DNA of 64,000 nt from an uncultured bacterium (GTDB lineage Bacteria > Patescibacteriota > Minisyncoccia > Phycocordibacterales > UBA2100). Below the pieces are notes generated by a model. That model worked only from the letters and a program-made list of their open reading frames with translations. It was not told the origin of the DNA and made no database searches. This document shows positions 10,384 to 19,444 of this stretch, one piece after another. Position 1 is the first letter of the stretch. The number at the start of each line of letters is the position of its first letter. The position numbers and the translations under genes are program-made. The DNA is taken from assembly GCA_903824595.1 (NCBI GenBank), contig CAIJXH010000002.1, positions 7,209 through 71,208 of the forward strand. The letters run 5' to 3'.

Positions 10384-11553
10384 ATGAGAATTCTTGGCAT
10401 AGAAACATCGTGCGACGAAAGCGGTGTGTGTCTGATCGATGCAAGCGGAATGTGTGGTATAGATTTCAAGTTTGACATTCTCGGCAACGCACTCGCCTCA
10501 CAAGCCGCGCTTCACGCACAGTATGGCGGTGTCTTCCCAAACCTGGCGAAACGCGAACACGCCAAAGCGCTCGTTCCGCTTTTGGAAACAGCGCTGCGGG
10601 ATGCGGGCGCAGCTTCGCTGCGCCCGCATCCCGCAACCGTTCCCGATCTGCACACCATACTGATGCGCGAACCAGAATTACAAGAGCAATTGGAGCCTTT
10701 TTTGAAAACGTATGAAAGACCCGCAATCGATGCAATTGCAGTGACAACAGGACCGGGATTGGAGCCCGCGCTCTGGGTTGGCATCAATTTCGCACGCGCA
10801 CTAGCCATCGCATGGGATATTCCCATCGTTGCCACAAATCATATGGAAGGACACATTATGCTCTCCATAGCGAACGAAACAGGATTGAAGCCATTCGAAT
10901 TTCCCGCACTCGCACTACTCATATCTGGTGGACATACAGAACTGGTGCTTATGCGTGCATTTGGAGAATACGAGATCATCGGACAAACGCGTGACGATGC
11001 CGCGGGCGAAGCGTTTGATAAAGTCGCTCGCCTACTCGGACTTCCCTATCCCGGCGGTCCAGAAATTTCGCGCCTTGCCGCTTCCGCTCGCGCACATCCT
11101 AGAGGCGACACCTCTAGGATTCAGCTGCCGCGACCGATGCTTCGCGAAGATAATTTCGATTTTTCGTTTTCTGGACTGAAGACTGCCGTGCGACGGGTTG
11201 TCGAGGCACACCAGCCGCTGTCGAACGAGATGAAATTGGCAATTGCGCGGGAATTCGAAGACGCCGCAACCGAGGTGATCGTGAGCAAGACGCTCCGAGC
11301 GGCAGAACACTTCTGTACACCCACAATTATCCTCGGTGGTGGTGTTTCCGCCAACACGCACATTAAAGACTCATTCTTCGCCGCGCTGCAAAAAGACAAC
11401 CTTGCCACACTTCTCACCCCTCCTCCTGCCCTCGCCACAGATAACGCACTCATGATCGCTCTCGCAGGCTACACCCATGCTGTCCAAAAAGAATTCGTCG
11501 AGCCACATACACTCAAAGCACAGGGACACGTACAACTCGGATTACAACGATAA
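10384..11553 (+). CDS. tsaD: tRNA N6-adenosine threonylcarbamoyltransferase
   Basis: LGIETSCDE, HMEGH, SGGHT, DDAAGEAFDK, FSFSGLKT, TDNALMI. Confidence 0.97.
   Translation: MRILGIETSCDESGVCLIDASGMCGIDFKFDILGNALASQAALHAQYGGVFPNLAKREHAKALVPLLETALRDAGAASLRPHPATVPDLHTILMREPELQEQLEPFLKTYERPAIDAIAVTTGPGLEPALWVGINFARALAIAWDIPIVATNHMEGHIMLSIANETGLKPFEFPALALLISGGHTELVLMRAFGEYEIIGQTRDDAAGEAFDKVARLLGLPYPGGPEISRLAASARAHPRGDTSRIQLPRPMLREDNFDFSFSGLKTAVRRVVEAHQPLSNEMKLAIAREFEDAATEVIVSKTLRAAEHFCTPTIILGGGVSANTHIKDSFFAALQKDNLATLLTPPPALATDNALMIALAGYTHAVQKEFVEPHTLKAQGHVQLGLQR
10595..10635. repeat. perfect 19-bp hairpin with TTC triloop in tsaD
   Basis: TGCGGGATGCGGGCGCAGC-TTC-GCTGCGCCCGCATCCCGCA. Confidence 0.9.
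11096..11120. repeat. 25-bp palindromic element, copy 1 (in tsaD)
   Basis: ATCCTAGAGG-CGACA-CCTCTAGGAT; encodes HPRGDTSRI. Confidence 0.92.
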
Positions 11554-11562
11554 ACACGGGTC

Positions 11563-12240
11563 TCACGGTGTATCGAGCGTACGTTTCGTTTGTTTCCACG
11601 CATCGATAGCAGCGTGATTGCCCGAGAGAAGCACGGGCGGAACGCGATATTTTTTCTTTTTCCATATAAATACTTCCGGACGCGTGTAGACCTCGGGCGA
11701 CGACACGCGACTTGCTTCGAGTGATTCTGCCTTTCCCAAAACACCCGGCACGAAACGCGCCACCGCATCAATCACCGTAGCCGCAGGCAGCTCGCCACCC
11801 GTAAGTACGTACGGACCCATCGACACTTTTTTTGCCTTCAAAATCTTCTCGACACGCGCATCCACACCCTCGTAGTGTCCACAAATGAAAACGATATGTC
11901 TTGTCAACCTAGAGGCGACACCTCTAGGATTTGCTAATTTTTTTGCCATCGCTTCATCAAAAATCGCACCATCGGTAGCAAAGAAAATCTTCTCCGCGCC
12001 GCGCTTCTTCCCTATCGCCTTTTCAGCGGCACGCAGTATCGCATCCGGCTCCAAGACCATCCCGGGTCCACCTCCGTACGGCCGACGATCCACGCGACCA
12101 TAACGATCGTGCGTAAATTTCTTGGGGTCGTAGTATGAAATTTTGATTTTCTTGTTTTTCACCGCGCGCCCAATAATCGAGCTCGCAAGATACGGCTCGA
12201 TTGATTCGGGAAAGAGAGTAATGATGTGAAAATGGATCAT
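11563..12240 (-). CDS. trmD: tRNA (guanine-N1)-methyltransferase
   Basis: VDRRPYGGGPGMV, CGHYEGVD, YVLTGGELPA, YTRP, VPPVLLSGNH. Confidence 0.97.
   Translation of the reverse strand: MIHFHIITLFPESIEPYLASSIIGRAVKNKKIKISYYDPKKFTHDRYGRVDRRPYGGGPGMVLEPDAILRAAEKAIGKKRGAEKIFFATDGAIFDEAMAKKLANPRGVASRLTRHIVFICGHYEGVDARVEKILKAKKVSMGPYVLTGGELPAATVIDAVARFVPGVLGKAESLEASRVSSPEVYTRPEVFIWKKKKYRVPPVLLSGNHAAIDAWKQTKRTLDTP
11906..11930. repeat. 25-bp palindromic element, copy 2 (in trmD)
   Basis: aaCCTAGAGG-CGACA-CCTCTAGGat; encodes NPRGVASRL on the minus strand. Confidence 0.92.
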
Positions 12241-12280
12241 ACAAAGGCATCCTAATGCTTTTGCGCCCTCCGCACAACAA

Positions 12281-12313
12281 AAAGAAAAAGCCGCGCAGAC
12301 GAATCTGCGCGGC
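12281..12313 (-). terminator. intrinsic terminator
   Basis: GCCGCGCAGA-CGAA-TCTGCGCGGC with a T tract on the minus strand. Confidence 0.8.
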
Positions 12314-12342
12314 CACCGGAAAAGCCGGATTTTGGTTGAACT

Positions 12343-13257
12343 TCAGCGAACCGGGACGGGGGTGCCGTTCGGAACGCCGACATCGGTCATGAAGAACGTG
12401 CTGCTTCCGCCAGCCTTCGCCGTCATCGCCTGCATCATCATCAGCTTGTAGATGAAGGCGCGTTGACCGGTCGGATCCGCTTTGATGAAGGCGTCGATCT
12501 TCAGCATGGCGTCGGTCAGCTTGTCGGCCGCTTGAGCGGACGCGATGGCACTGATCACTGACGGATCTGGCTTCACATTTGATGCGATCGCAGTGACGAG
12601 AAACAACGGCGAGTTGTTTTCGGCGAGCACCGTGCCGATCATCATCTTCATCTTGTCGGTGAAGCCTTCGGGCGTGCCGTTCTTGGCGATCGCGTCGAAG
12701 ACCGCGTCGACACTGGCGTAGCTCAGGCAGATGTCGCGGATTTTACCGCGCACCTGCTGTTGAACCTGCTGGAAGTAGACCGAAGCCGCGTCGAGGACGA
12801 GGACACGGTCACCGCCGAACTGCTCGTCCTTGGCGCGAACCGGCTTCCCGAGGATTCCCATCCGCAAGATCGCCTCCCGCCCCGCCGGTTTGGTGTGGTC
12901 TGGCATGGCGAAGAGCAGGCGAACATCGAGTGACATCGGCTCGCGCTTCGGCCCGACGATGCAACGATGGTCTTCGTGATCCTTGTCGTTGTTGGGATCG
13001 TTCTGGGCGAACTGCTCCTTGATGGCGAAGCCGCCGCGCTGCAGGAGTACCAGCTTGTTGCCCCAATCAGCGAACCAGCCTTTGGCACCGATGTCGACTT
13101 GGCCGGACTCGTAGATCTTGCCGTCGAACCCGCTCGGCGTGAGAATCATCCCGATCATGTCGGGAGGAATCGCACGCGGTTCCGAAGCAAACGACGAACC
13201 GCCGGTCAGGGTCGCAATCGCGACCGCGAGGGCGGCAACCAGTGAGAATTTACGCAT
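12343..13257 (-). CDS. exported protein, possibly a divergent SPFH/band-7-like domain
   Basis: Signal peptide; layout (IGMILTPSG, MSLDVRL, VRGKIRDI, V.PDPSVISAI plus helical tail) resembles SPFH; strongly GC3-rich codons. Confidence 0.55.
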   Translation of the reverse strand: MRKFSLVAALAVAIATLTGGSSFASEPRAIPPDMIGMILTPSGFDGKIYESGQVDIGAKGWFADWGNKLVLLQRGGFAIKEQFAQNDPNNDKDHEDHRCIVGPKREPMSLDVRLLFAMPDHTKPAGREAILRMGILGKPVRAKDEQFGGDRVLVLDAASVYFQQVQQQVRGKIRDICLSYASVDAVFDAIAKNGTPEGFTDKMKMMIGTVLAENNSPLFLVTAIASNVKPDPSVISAIASAQAADKLTDAMLKIDAFIKADPTGQRAFIYKLMMMQAMTAKAGGSSTFFMTDVGVPNGTPVPVR

Positions 13258-13295
13258 TTTCGGTATTTTCCGTTGGATGTGCCTTGCCGGATGGA

Positions 13296-13625
13296 TCAGC
13301 GTTTGATGTTGGCGCCCATGTCGCGGTTGATCGACGACCTGTCAAGCTCTGACCGCGGAATGGCATTGGTTGCATAGCTTGCCGCGTTGACGCAGAAGCC
13401 GGTGATCACCACGAGGGCAACGATGCCAGCTACGCCGTTGACCCAACTTCGGACCGTTGTCGCATCGGAGTCATCCATACCGCCATCCTTGGCCATCTTG
13501 TTGATGAACCAGCGGACGACCAGCAGGACGACGACGATCGTGATGATTGAGCCGATGAGCCACATCATATTGCCTTGAAGACCCTGGAGGAATCCCTGCA
13601 GGGTTAGCGAGGTTGAAGGTGTCAT
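13296..13625 (-). CDS. two-TM membrane protein
   Basis: Two hydrophobic helices, AAGGA SD, co-oriented with 12343-13257. Confidence 0.7.
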   Translation of the reverse strand: MTPSTSLTLQGFLQGLQGNMMWLIGSIITIVVVLLVVRWFINKMAKDGGMDDSDATTVRSWVNGVAGIVALVVITGFCVNAASYATNAIPRSELDRSSINRDMGANIKR

Positions 13626-13761
13626 AGAACTGGTCCTTTTTGTCTTGAGTCAAAAGGAAACCGGAGCGCCACATGCGCTCACATTCCCGAACAAACCAGA
13701 ACGCCTTTTACACCAAAAAAAGGCTCTCGTCAAATTTTTTTGGATCCCGCTACGCCGGAAA

Positions 13762-14130
13762 TTATTTCAAATCCGCCAAGACATCATCGAGCGACTTTTC
13801 GGTACGTTCACGCTTTTCGTGGGTGTGAACATAGTCGCCGGTATCGGCATCGGGATCGGTTGCACCGGCGGCGGGGCGTTCGCTCCCCTCCGGTTCTTCG
13901 ATCTTGAGGTTGACGCGAGCATCGTTCTTCATACCGACGACACGAAGTACGGTGCGAATCGCCTTGGCGGTCGCGCCCGAACGTCCGATCACCTTGCCCA
14001 TATCGTCTTTATGCACCAAGAGCGTGAGCAGGACTCCCATCTCATCCACAACTCGAGTAATTTTCACATCTTCAGGATGATCTACCAACGCCTTCACGAC
14101 ATATTCCAAAAATTGTTGATCGCGTTCCAT
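13762..14130 (-). CDS. khpA: KH-domain RNA-binding protein
   Basis: LVDHPEDV, DMGKVIGRSG.TAKAIRT; next to rpsP. Confidence 0.93.
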   Translation of the reverse strand: MERDQQFLEYVVKALVDHPEDVKITRVVDEMGVLLTLLVHKDDMGKVIGRSGATAKAIRTVLRVVGMKNDARVNLKIEEPEGSERPAAGATDPDADTGDYVHTHEKRERTEKSLDDVLADLK

Positions 14131-14177
14131 AGAAATCTTACTATCTACTAAATAATAACGATGATAATTATAGCAAA

Positions 14178-14525
14178 CTACGCCGCGACAGGCTCGCTCG
14201 GAACGTCCGCAGAAGGAGTGGTAGGATTTGAAACGGTACTCTCTGCAACGGGCACAGTTTTCTTGGGAAGGACATTGATCTTCTTACCCGCAATAACACC
14301 GGCAGATATCAACATGTTGTGTACCGTATCGGTTGCTTGCGCCCCTTTCCCTAGCCAATACATCACGCGTTCGGCATTGATTACTCTCTCTTTGGTGCGA
14401 GGATTATAGGTGCCGACTTTCTCAATGCATGTACCTGATTTTGCAGAACGGGCACGCTCCAAGACGACAATTCGAAAACTCGGCATGTTTATCCTCCCAA
14501 TCCTCTGCATTCGTATTCGTAACAT
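14178..14525 (-). CDS. rpsP: 30S ribosomal protein S16
   Basis: MLRIRMQRIG, FRIVV, IEKVGTYNP, WLGKGAQATDTV. Confidence 0.96.
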   Translation of the reverse strand: MLRIRMQRIGRINMPSFRIVVLERARSAKSGTCIEKVGTYNPRTKERVINAERVMYWLGKGAQATDTVHNMLISAGVIAGKKINVLPKKTVPVAESTVSNPTTPSADVPSEPVAA

Positions 14526-14553
14526 ATGTTGCGCCACTTTACCCTTATTCCTT

Positions 14554-16776
14554 CTATTTTGCAACTTTTTGAGCATCCTCAAGCTTCACCGATAACAAGC
14601 GCGACACACCATCTTGACCCATCGTAATGCCATACAGTTCACCTGCAGCTGCCATGGTAGCTCGATTATGCGTGATAACAATCAATTGAGAATGTTTTCC
14701 GAGTTCGCGAATCATGTCGGCATATCGACGACTGTTTGCTTCATCAAGCGCAGCATCAGTCTCATCAAGAATAAGAAACGGTGGTGGATTGACACGGCTC
14801 ATTGAGAATATGAGCGCAATCGACGTGAGTGCGCGTTCACCTCCAGAAAGAGCTTCCAGTCCACGAACTTTCTTGCGCGGAAGCGCCACCGATATGGAGA
14901 GTCCAACAGAAAGATCCACGTTACTCTCACGCGACACAGCATCGTCCGCATCGTCATATGAATCGTTGTCATCATCTTCTTCATGCGCTCGAGTATTCGG
15001 ACGCTCTAGCTCAAGCATTGCGTGACCACCCCCAAAGAGCTGGTGGAAAAACAAAGCGAGAGATTCGTTGATCTTGATCAGTCCTTCGTGAAAACGAGCG
15101 TCGATGGTTTTTTCAAGATCTGTAATAATACCCCTCAACGACACCGCGGATTTCTCAAGGTCAATAATCTCATGCTCGAGAAACTCATCGCGCTCTTTTG
15201 TTTGTTTGAATTCTTTGATCACGGCGTCCCCGTTTCCAATACCAGATTCTTCTATTTTTATTTTGAGACGTTCGATATCGCGACGACGTTTTTCTTGCAT
15301 ACTTCGATCTTCAGAAAGTGCGCCATACGGGATTTCGGATCGTTCCCATGAATGGATCGCCGCACCGACAAGCGCTATCCCTTCTCGTACCTCATCCTCA
15401 AATCTTCGCTTCAGATCGACAATCGCCGCACGAGCAACACGCGCAGCGTCGCGCTTACTTTGTGCGTCACGCGCATTCGCTTCTAATTGCACAATATCAC
15501 GCTCTGCCGCAAGACGCTGCTCGCGTATACGCGCAATCTTTTGTCGCGCCATTTCACTGCTTTCACTGAGAATCATTTCTGTTTCCTGCGCTTTCTGAAG
15601 AAGCGTCTGGATGTTCGCGACCTGCTGACGAGCTTCTGCATTCGTAACCGGCGCACCATTTTCAAGACCATCAACGAACGATCGTATGCTCGACCGAAGT
15701 TGAGACACTCCCGATCGAATGAGGTTCACGTCTGTTGCGCGTTCTATGTCGGCAAGTGCGATTTCAATATCACGGAAAAATCCGCGCACATGCGGCACCG
15801 CCACGATCGCTTCGACGGTCACGTGATTTGCCTCGAGCGCACCTTCTGCGCGCCCAAGTTCACGCGCGAGCCGTTCACGTTCTCTACGCGCATCAGCCAC
15901 ACGCACGGTGAACTCGGAGACGGAACGCTCAAGATCGGATACATTATATGCATCTGGATCACCAGCTTTTCGCGCATCGGCAATTGCGTCAAGACATGTT
16001 TGCAACACGCGCTCATGAGCATGTTCATCATCGCTTATACGAGCATCTTCTTGTGTAATCCACGCATGTTCACGCGCAAGATATTCATTGAGGCGCGCCG
16101 CCAAATCTTCTCGCTGCTCACGCGCGCGTTCGATTTTTTCCACTTGTGAGCGCAAAAATCGTAAATGCGGCGCTATCTCGCGGCGCAGGGATGCCGTCTT
16201 TTCGAGATTGAGTGCCGTCTCTTCGAGTTTTCTTTCGCTCTCTATCTTCTTGTGCTGATACAATTTGAGACCAAGTGCGTCTTCGAGCATTTCGCGGCGC
16301 TCGCGCGGGCTTGCGTTGAGAATTCGATCGGCTTCGCCTTGCGAGATGATTTGATATCCCGAACCGCCAATGTTGGCACCAGCAAGAAGACGGATCACGT
16401 CTTTGAGACGCACCTGCGTACCGTTGAGCAGATACTCATTCAAGCCATCGCGATACACGGAGCGCTCGATCGTCACCTCGGAAAAGTCCATGTCGAGCAG
16501 CCGCGTGGAATTATCGAATGTAACTTTCACCCCCGCACGGTTGGCACGCGACAAGGCGGGCGATCCGCCCCAGATCAAATCCTCACCCTTCTTGCTACGC
16601 ATCGATTTCATCGACTGCTCGCCCAAGACGAAACGAAACGCTTCCGCGACATTCGACTTCCCGCTTCCATTCGGCCCCACAATGCTCGCAATCGGCGACG
16701 TGAAAACAAGCGCCGTCTTTTTCCCAAACGACTTGAAACCCGACAGCTCGATGGATTTGAGGTACATCGAATACAT
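14554..16776 (-). CDS. smc: SMC-family ATPase (short, 740 aa)
   Basis: GFKSF, GPNGSGKSN, LSGGE, ILDETDAALD, central coiled coil. Confidence 0.9.
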   Translation of the reverse strand: MYSMYLKSIELSGFKSFGKKTALVFTSPIASIVGPNGSGKSNVAEAFRFVLGEQSMKSMRSKKGEDLIWGGSPALSRANRAGVKVTFDNSTRLLDMDFSEVTIERSVYRDGLNEYLLNGTQVRLKDVIRLLAGANIGGSGYQIISQGEADRILNASPRERREMLEDALGLKLYQHKKIESERKLEETALNLEKTASLRREIAPHLRFLRSQVEKIERAREQREDLAARLNEYLAREHAWITQEDARISDDEHAHERVLQTCLDAIADARKAGDPDAYNVSDLERSVSEFTVRVADARRERERLARELGRAEGALEANHVTVEAIVAVPHVRGFFRDIEIALADIERATDVNLIRSGVSQLRSSIRSFVDGLENGAPVTNAEARQQVANIQTLLQKAQETEMILSESSEMARQKIARIREQRLAAERDIVQLEANARDAQSKRDAARVARAAIVDLKRRFEDEVREGIALVGAAIHSWERSEIPYGALSEDRSMQEKRRRDIERLKIKIEESGIGNGDAVIKEFKQTKERDEFLEHEIIDLEKSAVSLRGIITDLEKTIDARFHEGLIKINESLALFFHQLFGGGHAMLELERPNTRAHEEDDDNDSYDDADDAVSRESNVDLSVGLSISVALPRKKVRGLEALSGGERALTSIALIFSMSRVNPPPFLILDETDAALDEANSRRYADMIRELGKHSQLIVITHNRATMAAAGELYGITMGQDGVSRLLSVKLEDAQKVAK

Positions 16777-16821
16777 TGTATCAAATAGAATGGTTCACGA
16801 ACTTGCCTCGCAATGAATGCG

Positions 16822-16848
16822 AATCCTAGAGGTGTCGCCTCTAGGATT
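16822..16848. repeat. 25-bp palindromic element, copy 3 (intergenic rnc-smc)
   Basis: AATCCTAGAGG-TGTCG-CCTCTAGGATT, 11-bp stem. Confidence 0.92.
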
Positions 16849-16859
16849 TCAAAACAATG

Positions 16860-17546
16860 TCACCATCCCCTAGCCGCCAGCGCCTTCTCCGCCGCTGCTT
16901 GTTCGGCTTCTTGTTTGGAGCGACCTTCGCCAGCTGCCACTTTTTCGCGACCAATGTATGCGCCGACGACAAACACTCTGTCGTGATCCGGACCAGACTG
17001 GCTCTGCAGCTGGTATGTCGGCGTCACATTTTCCTTCTCCTGCGCCATCTCTTGAAAACGACTCTTCGCATCTTGCCACAAGCGCTTCGCGACCACCTCG
17101 TCGGTCTTGTGGAACAGCTGCGCCGCGATGAATTGCTGCGCCGCTCCATACCCAGCATCAAGGTACACAGCACCGATCAGCGCCTCAAATGCATTGGCAA
17201 GAATTATTTGCCGCGCGCGCCCCGTGTCTTTCGATTCTCCGCGCGAGAGAAGTAAAAAATCATTCATGCCGAGTTTGGTTGCCGCATCGGAAATGCTCTG
17301 CGTGTTCACCAATGCTGCGCGATACGCCGTGAGATCTCCTTCCGACTTCTCGGGATATTTCGCGTAGAGAAAATCAGTGACGACCAGCTCCAATACGGCG
17401 TCACCGAGAAACTCAAGTCGCTCATTGTGTTCGCGCCCGGGAGTCCTATTTTCATTCAAATATGACCGATGTGTAAACGCCTGCTCAATGAGTGATGAGG
17501 TGCGAAACACATGCCCGATCCGTTGTTCAAACGATCCGAAATCCAT
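16860..17546 (-). CDS. rnc: ribonuclease III
   Basis: HNERLEFLGDAVL, EALIGAVYLD, C-terminal dsRBD (GPDH, SKQEAEQAAA). Confidence 0.98.
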   Translation of the reverse strand: MDFGSFEQRIGHVFRTSSLIEQAFTHRSYLNENRTPGREHNERLEFLGDAVLELVVTDFLYAKYPEKSEGDLTAYRAALVNTQSISDAATKLGMNDFLLLSRGESKDTGRARQIILANAFEALIGAVYLDAGYGAAQQFIAAQLFHKTDEVVAKRLWQDAKSRFQEMAQEKENVTPTYQLQSQSGPDHDRVFVVGAYIGREKVAAGEGRSKQEAEQAAAEKALAARGW

Positions 17547-17548
17547 AT

Positions 17549-18493
17549 CTAAGACCTATGCTTTTGCGCGAGAATGTTGATCGCGCGCGTCACGACAGGC
17601 AATATATCATCATAAAAATTGAGATCGCCCACCGACGCAAGAGGAAACCATTGCGCGTCATCGAGTCCGCCGTCTCTTTTGAGCAGGAGGTCTCGGAATT
17701 TTCCGCGCGCCAAATAGTAGGTCGCGTGACGTCGTTTTTTACCAAGCTTGCTCAAACTCGCCACATCACTTGCGATATATTCATTTTCTCCCAACATATC
17801 TTCCACATCGACATCGAGTCCGATCTCTTCATTTACCTTACGCCGCACTCCAACTTCTTTTGATTCACCCTGCTGCAATTTACCCTTTGAAAGAGTCCAG
17901 TGCCCGAAAATATCGTGCACCAACGCAAGATAAATCTGTTCGGCACCCTTGGCTGCATCGACAGGGATATCTCGTGCATACACCACGGCACCTACCAATT
18001 CTTCAACCGCCATATGGCTAGCAATGTAATCCGTTTGTTTGTGCATCTTCCCTTCGCCCTTACCCGGTTCGCCAAGCTCGATATACACTGCACCCAATAC
18101 GCCATTGACAAACCTGCTCGACGACGCACTTCCAAACGCTTTCGCCAGTTCAATTGATTCATTGATCGCAACCTTTGCGGGCACTTGCGAGCGATCTGCA
18201 TACAAAAGCTCTGCCAAACCAAGACGCAACACACAGCGATCAATCGCGGCAATTTTCTTAAGTGGCCATTCAGGTGCGGCACGCATGATCACTGCGTCAA
18301 TCTCTTTTTGTTTGAGAATGACGGTATGCACAAGCGTTCTCATGAAAGAGAAATCTGACTCGCGCGCTCCGAATTCTTTTGCATAAGAAACAAGGCGGCT
18401 CTCTGCTTCTGGCGCCGCCATCGTCCCTGAACTTTGGTCATATTCAAACAAGACTTGGAGGACGACTGATCGGGCTAGGTGTCTGTTTGACAT
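17549..18493 (-). CDS. nusB: transcription antitermination factor NusB fused to a C-terminal Nudix domain
   Basis: RHLARS, IDRCVLRL, VAINESIELAKAFG, FVNGVLG; then WTLSKG(X5)E(X7)RKVNEEIGL. Confidence 0.92.
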   Translation of the reverse strand: MSNRHLARSVVLQVLFEYDQSSGTMAAPEAESRLVSYAKEFGARESDFSFMRTLVHTVILKQKEIDAVIMRAAPEWPLKKIAAIDRCVLRLGLAELLYADRSQVPAKVAINESIELAKAFGSASSSRFVNGVLGAVYIELGEPGKGEGKMHKQTDYIASHMAVEELVGAVVYARDIPVDAAKGAEQIYLALVHDIFGHWTLSKGKLQQGESKEVGVRRKVNEEIGLDVDVEDMLGENEYIASDVASLSKLGKKRRHATYYLARGKFRDLLLKRDGGLDDAQWFPLASVGDLNFYDDILPVVTRAINILAQKHRS

Positions 18494-18534
18494 ATGATAG
18501 TGAAAGATCAAGTAAACATGAAAACGCGAAGACG

Positions 18535-18798
18535 TTACGTCTTCGCGGTACTTTTATCGGGAGTTTGTCCTGATTCGCGAAGTCCAGCCGAACGACGCTT
18601 GGCACGTCGCGCATCTCGAGTCGCGCGAGCGACGACGTCAACCACGACTCGTCCGTTGTACGTACCACACTGACGACACGCGCGATGCGACACGCGAGAC
18701 GCTCCGCACCCGCACTTCGCCAACCGTGCAGGCACGATTGCATGATGAGAACGGCGTTTTGCCGTTTGGGAACGATTTCTGCGCATTCGTACTACCAT
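18535..18798 (-). CDS. rpmF: 50S ribosomal protein L32
   Basis: KRRSHH, CGCG, HRACRQCGTYNGR. Confidence 0.92.
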   Translation of the reverse strand: MVVRMRRNRSQTAKRRSHHAIVPARLAKCGCGASRVSHRACRQCGTYNGRVVVDVVARATRDARRAKRRSAGLRESGQTPDKSTAKT

Positions 18799-18806
18799 AC
18801 CGACGA

Positions 18807-19421
18807 TTATACATTTTTTTGTTTTGTACGCAACGCGCGACAAAAGGAAAAGCGGTGGATAACCGAAAGTCCTTCTTGGTGGATCGCCTGTCGATGTGCG
18901 AACGTTCCGTATCCCTTGTGCGCTTCCAACCCATACGCAGGATACAACGGTGCAATCTGTGTCATGAAACGATCGCGTAACACTTTTGCGACGATCGATG
19001 CAAGCGCAATCACAGGGATCGTCTCGTCGCCACGGACAAACGCTTCCTGTTTCCATTCTGGCTGCACGCGAAGACCTGCATCGAGCAGTACGCTCGCCTC
19101 GCGCGGCGACACGCTCAGACAATCAATCGCTCTCGCGGCGGCGGCGTGAACGGCAGGAACAATACCGATTTTGTCGATCATTGCCGCATCAGAAAAGGCA
19201 TGCGCACATCGAAGCTCTCCATGCACAGCGATAATCTCGTACAGCGTTTCGCGCTGCGCTGCAGAGAGTTTTTTTGAATCGCGCAGCCGAGGCTCTCCGC
19301 GTTTCGTGATTGCTGCAAACACATCGCGCCACGCAAAATCCGCAGGCATACATACCGCACCCACAGCAACAGGCCCTGCCAGCGCCCCACGCCCCGCTTC
19401 GTCTATGCCGATGAGATACAT
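18807..19421 (-). CDS. rnhB: ribonuclease HII
   Basis: GIDEAGRGALAGPV, DSKKLS, ASIVAKVLRD, HKGYGT. Confidence 0.97.
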   Translation of the reverse strand: MYLIGIDEAGRGALAGPVAVGAVCMPADFAWRDVFAAITKRGEPRLRDSKKLSAAQRETLYEIIAVHGELRCAHAFSDAAMIDKIGIVPAVHAAAARAIDCLSVSPREASVLLDAGLRVQPEWKQEAFVRGDETIPVIALASIVAKVLRDRFMTQIAPLYPAYGLEAHKGYGTFAHRQAIHQEGLSVIHRFSFCRALRTKQKNV

Positions 19422-19444
19422 GATCGTATTGTATACTCTCTAGT
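19422..19444. promoter_or_regulatory. overlapping divergent -10 elements for rnhB and dnaE
   Basis: TATACT 7 nt before the dnaE ATG and TACAAT 6 nt before the rnhB ATG in a 23-bp gap. Confidence 0.6.
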
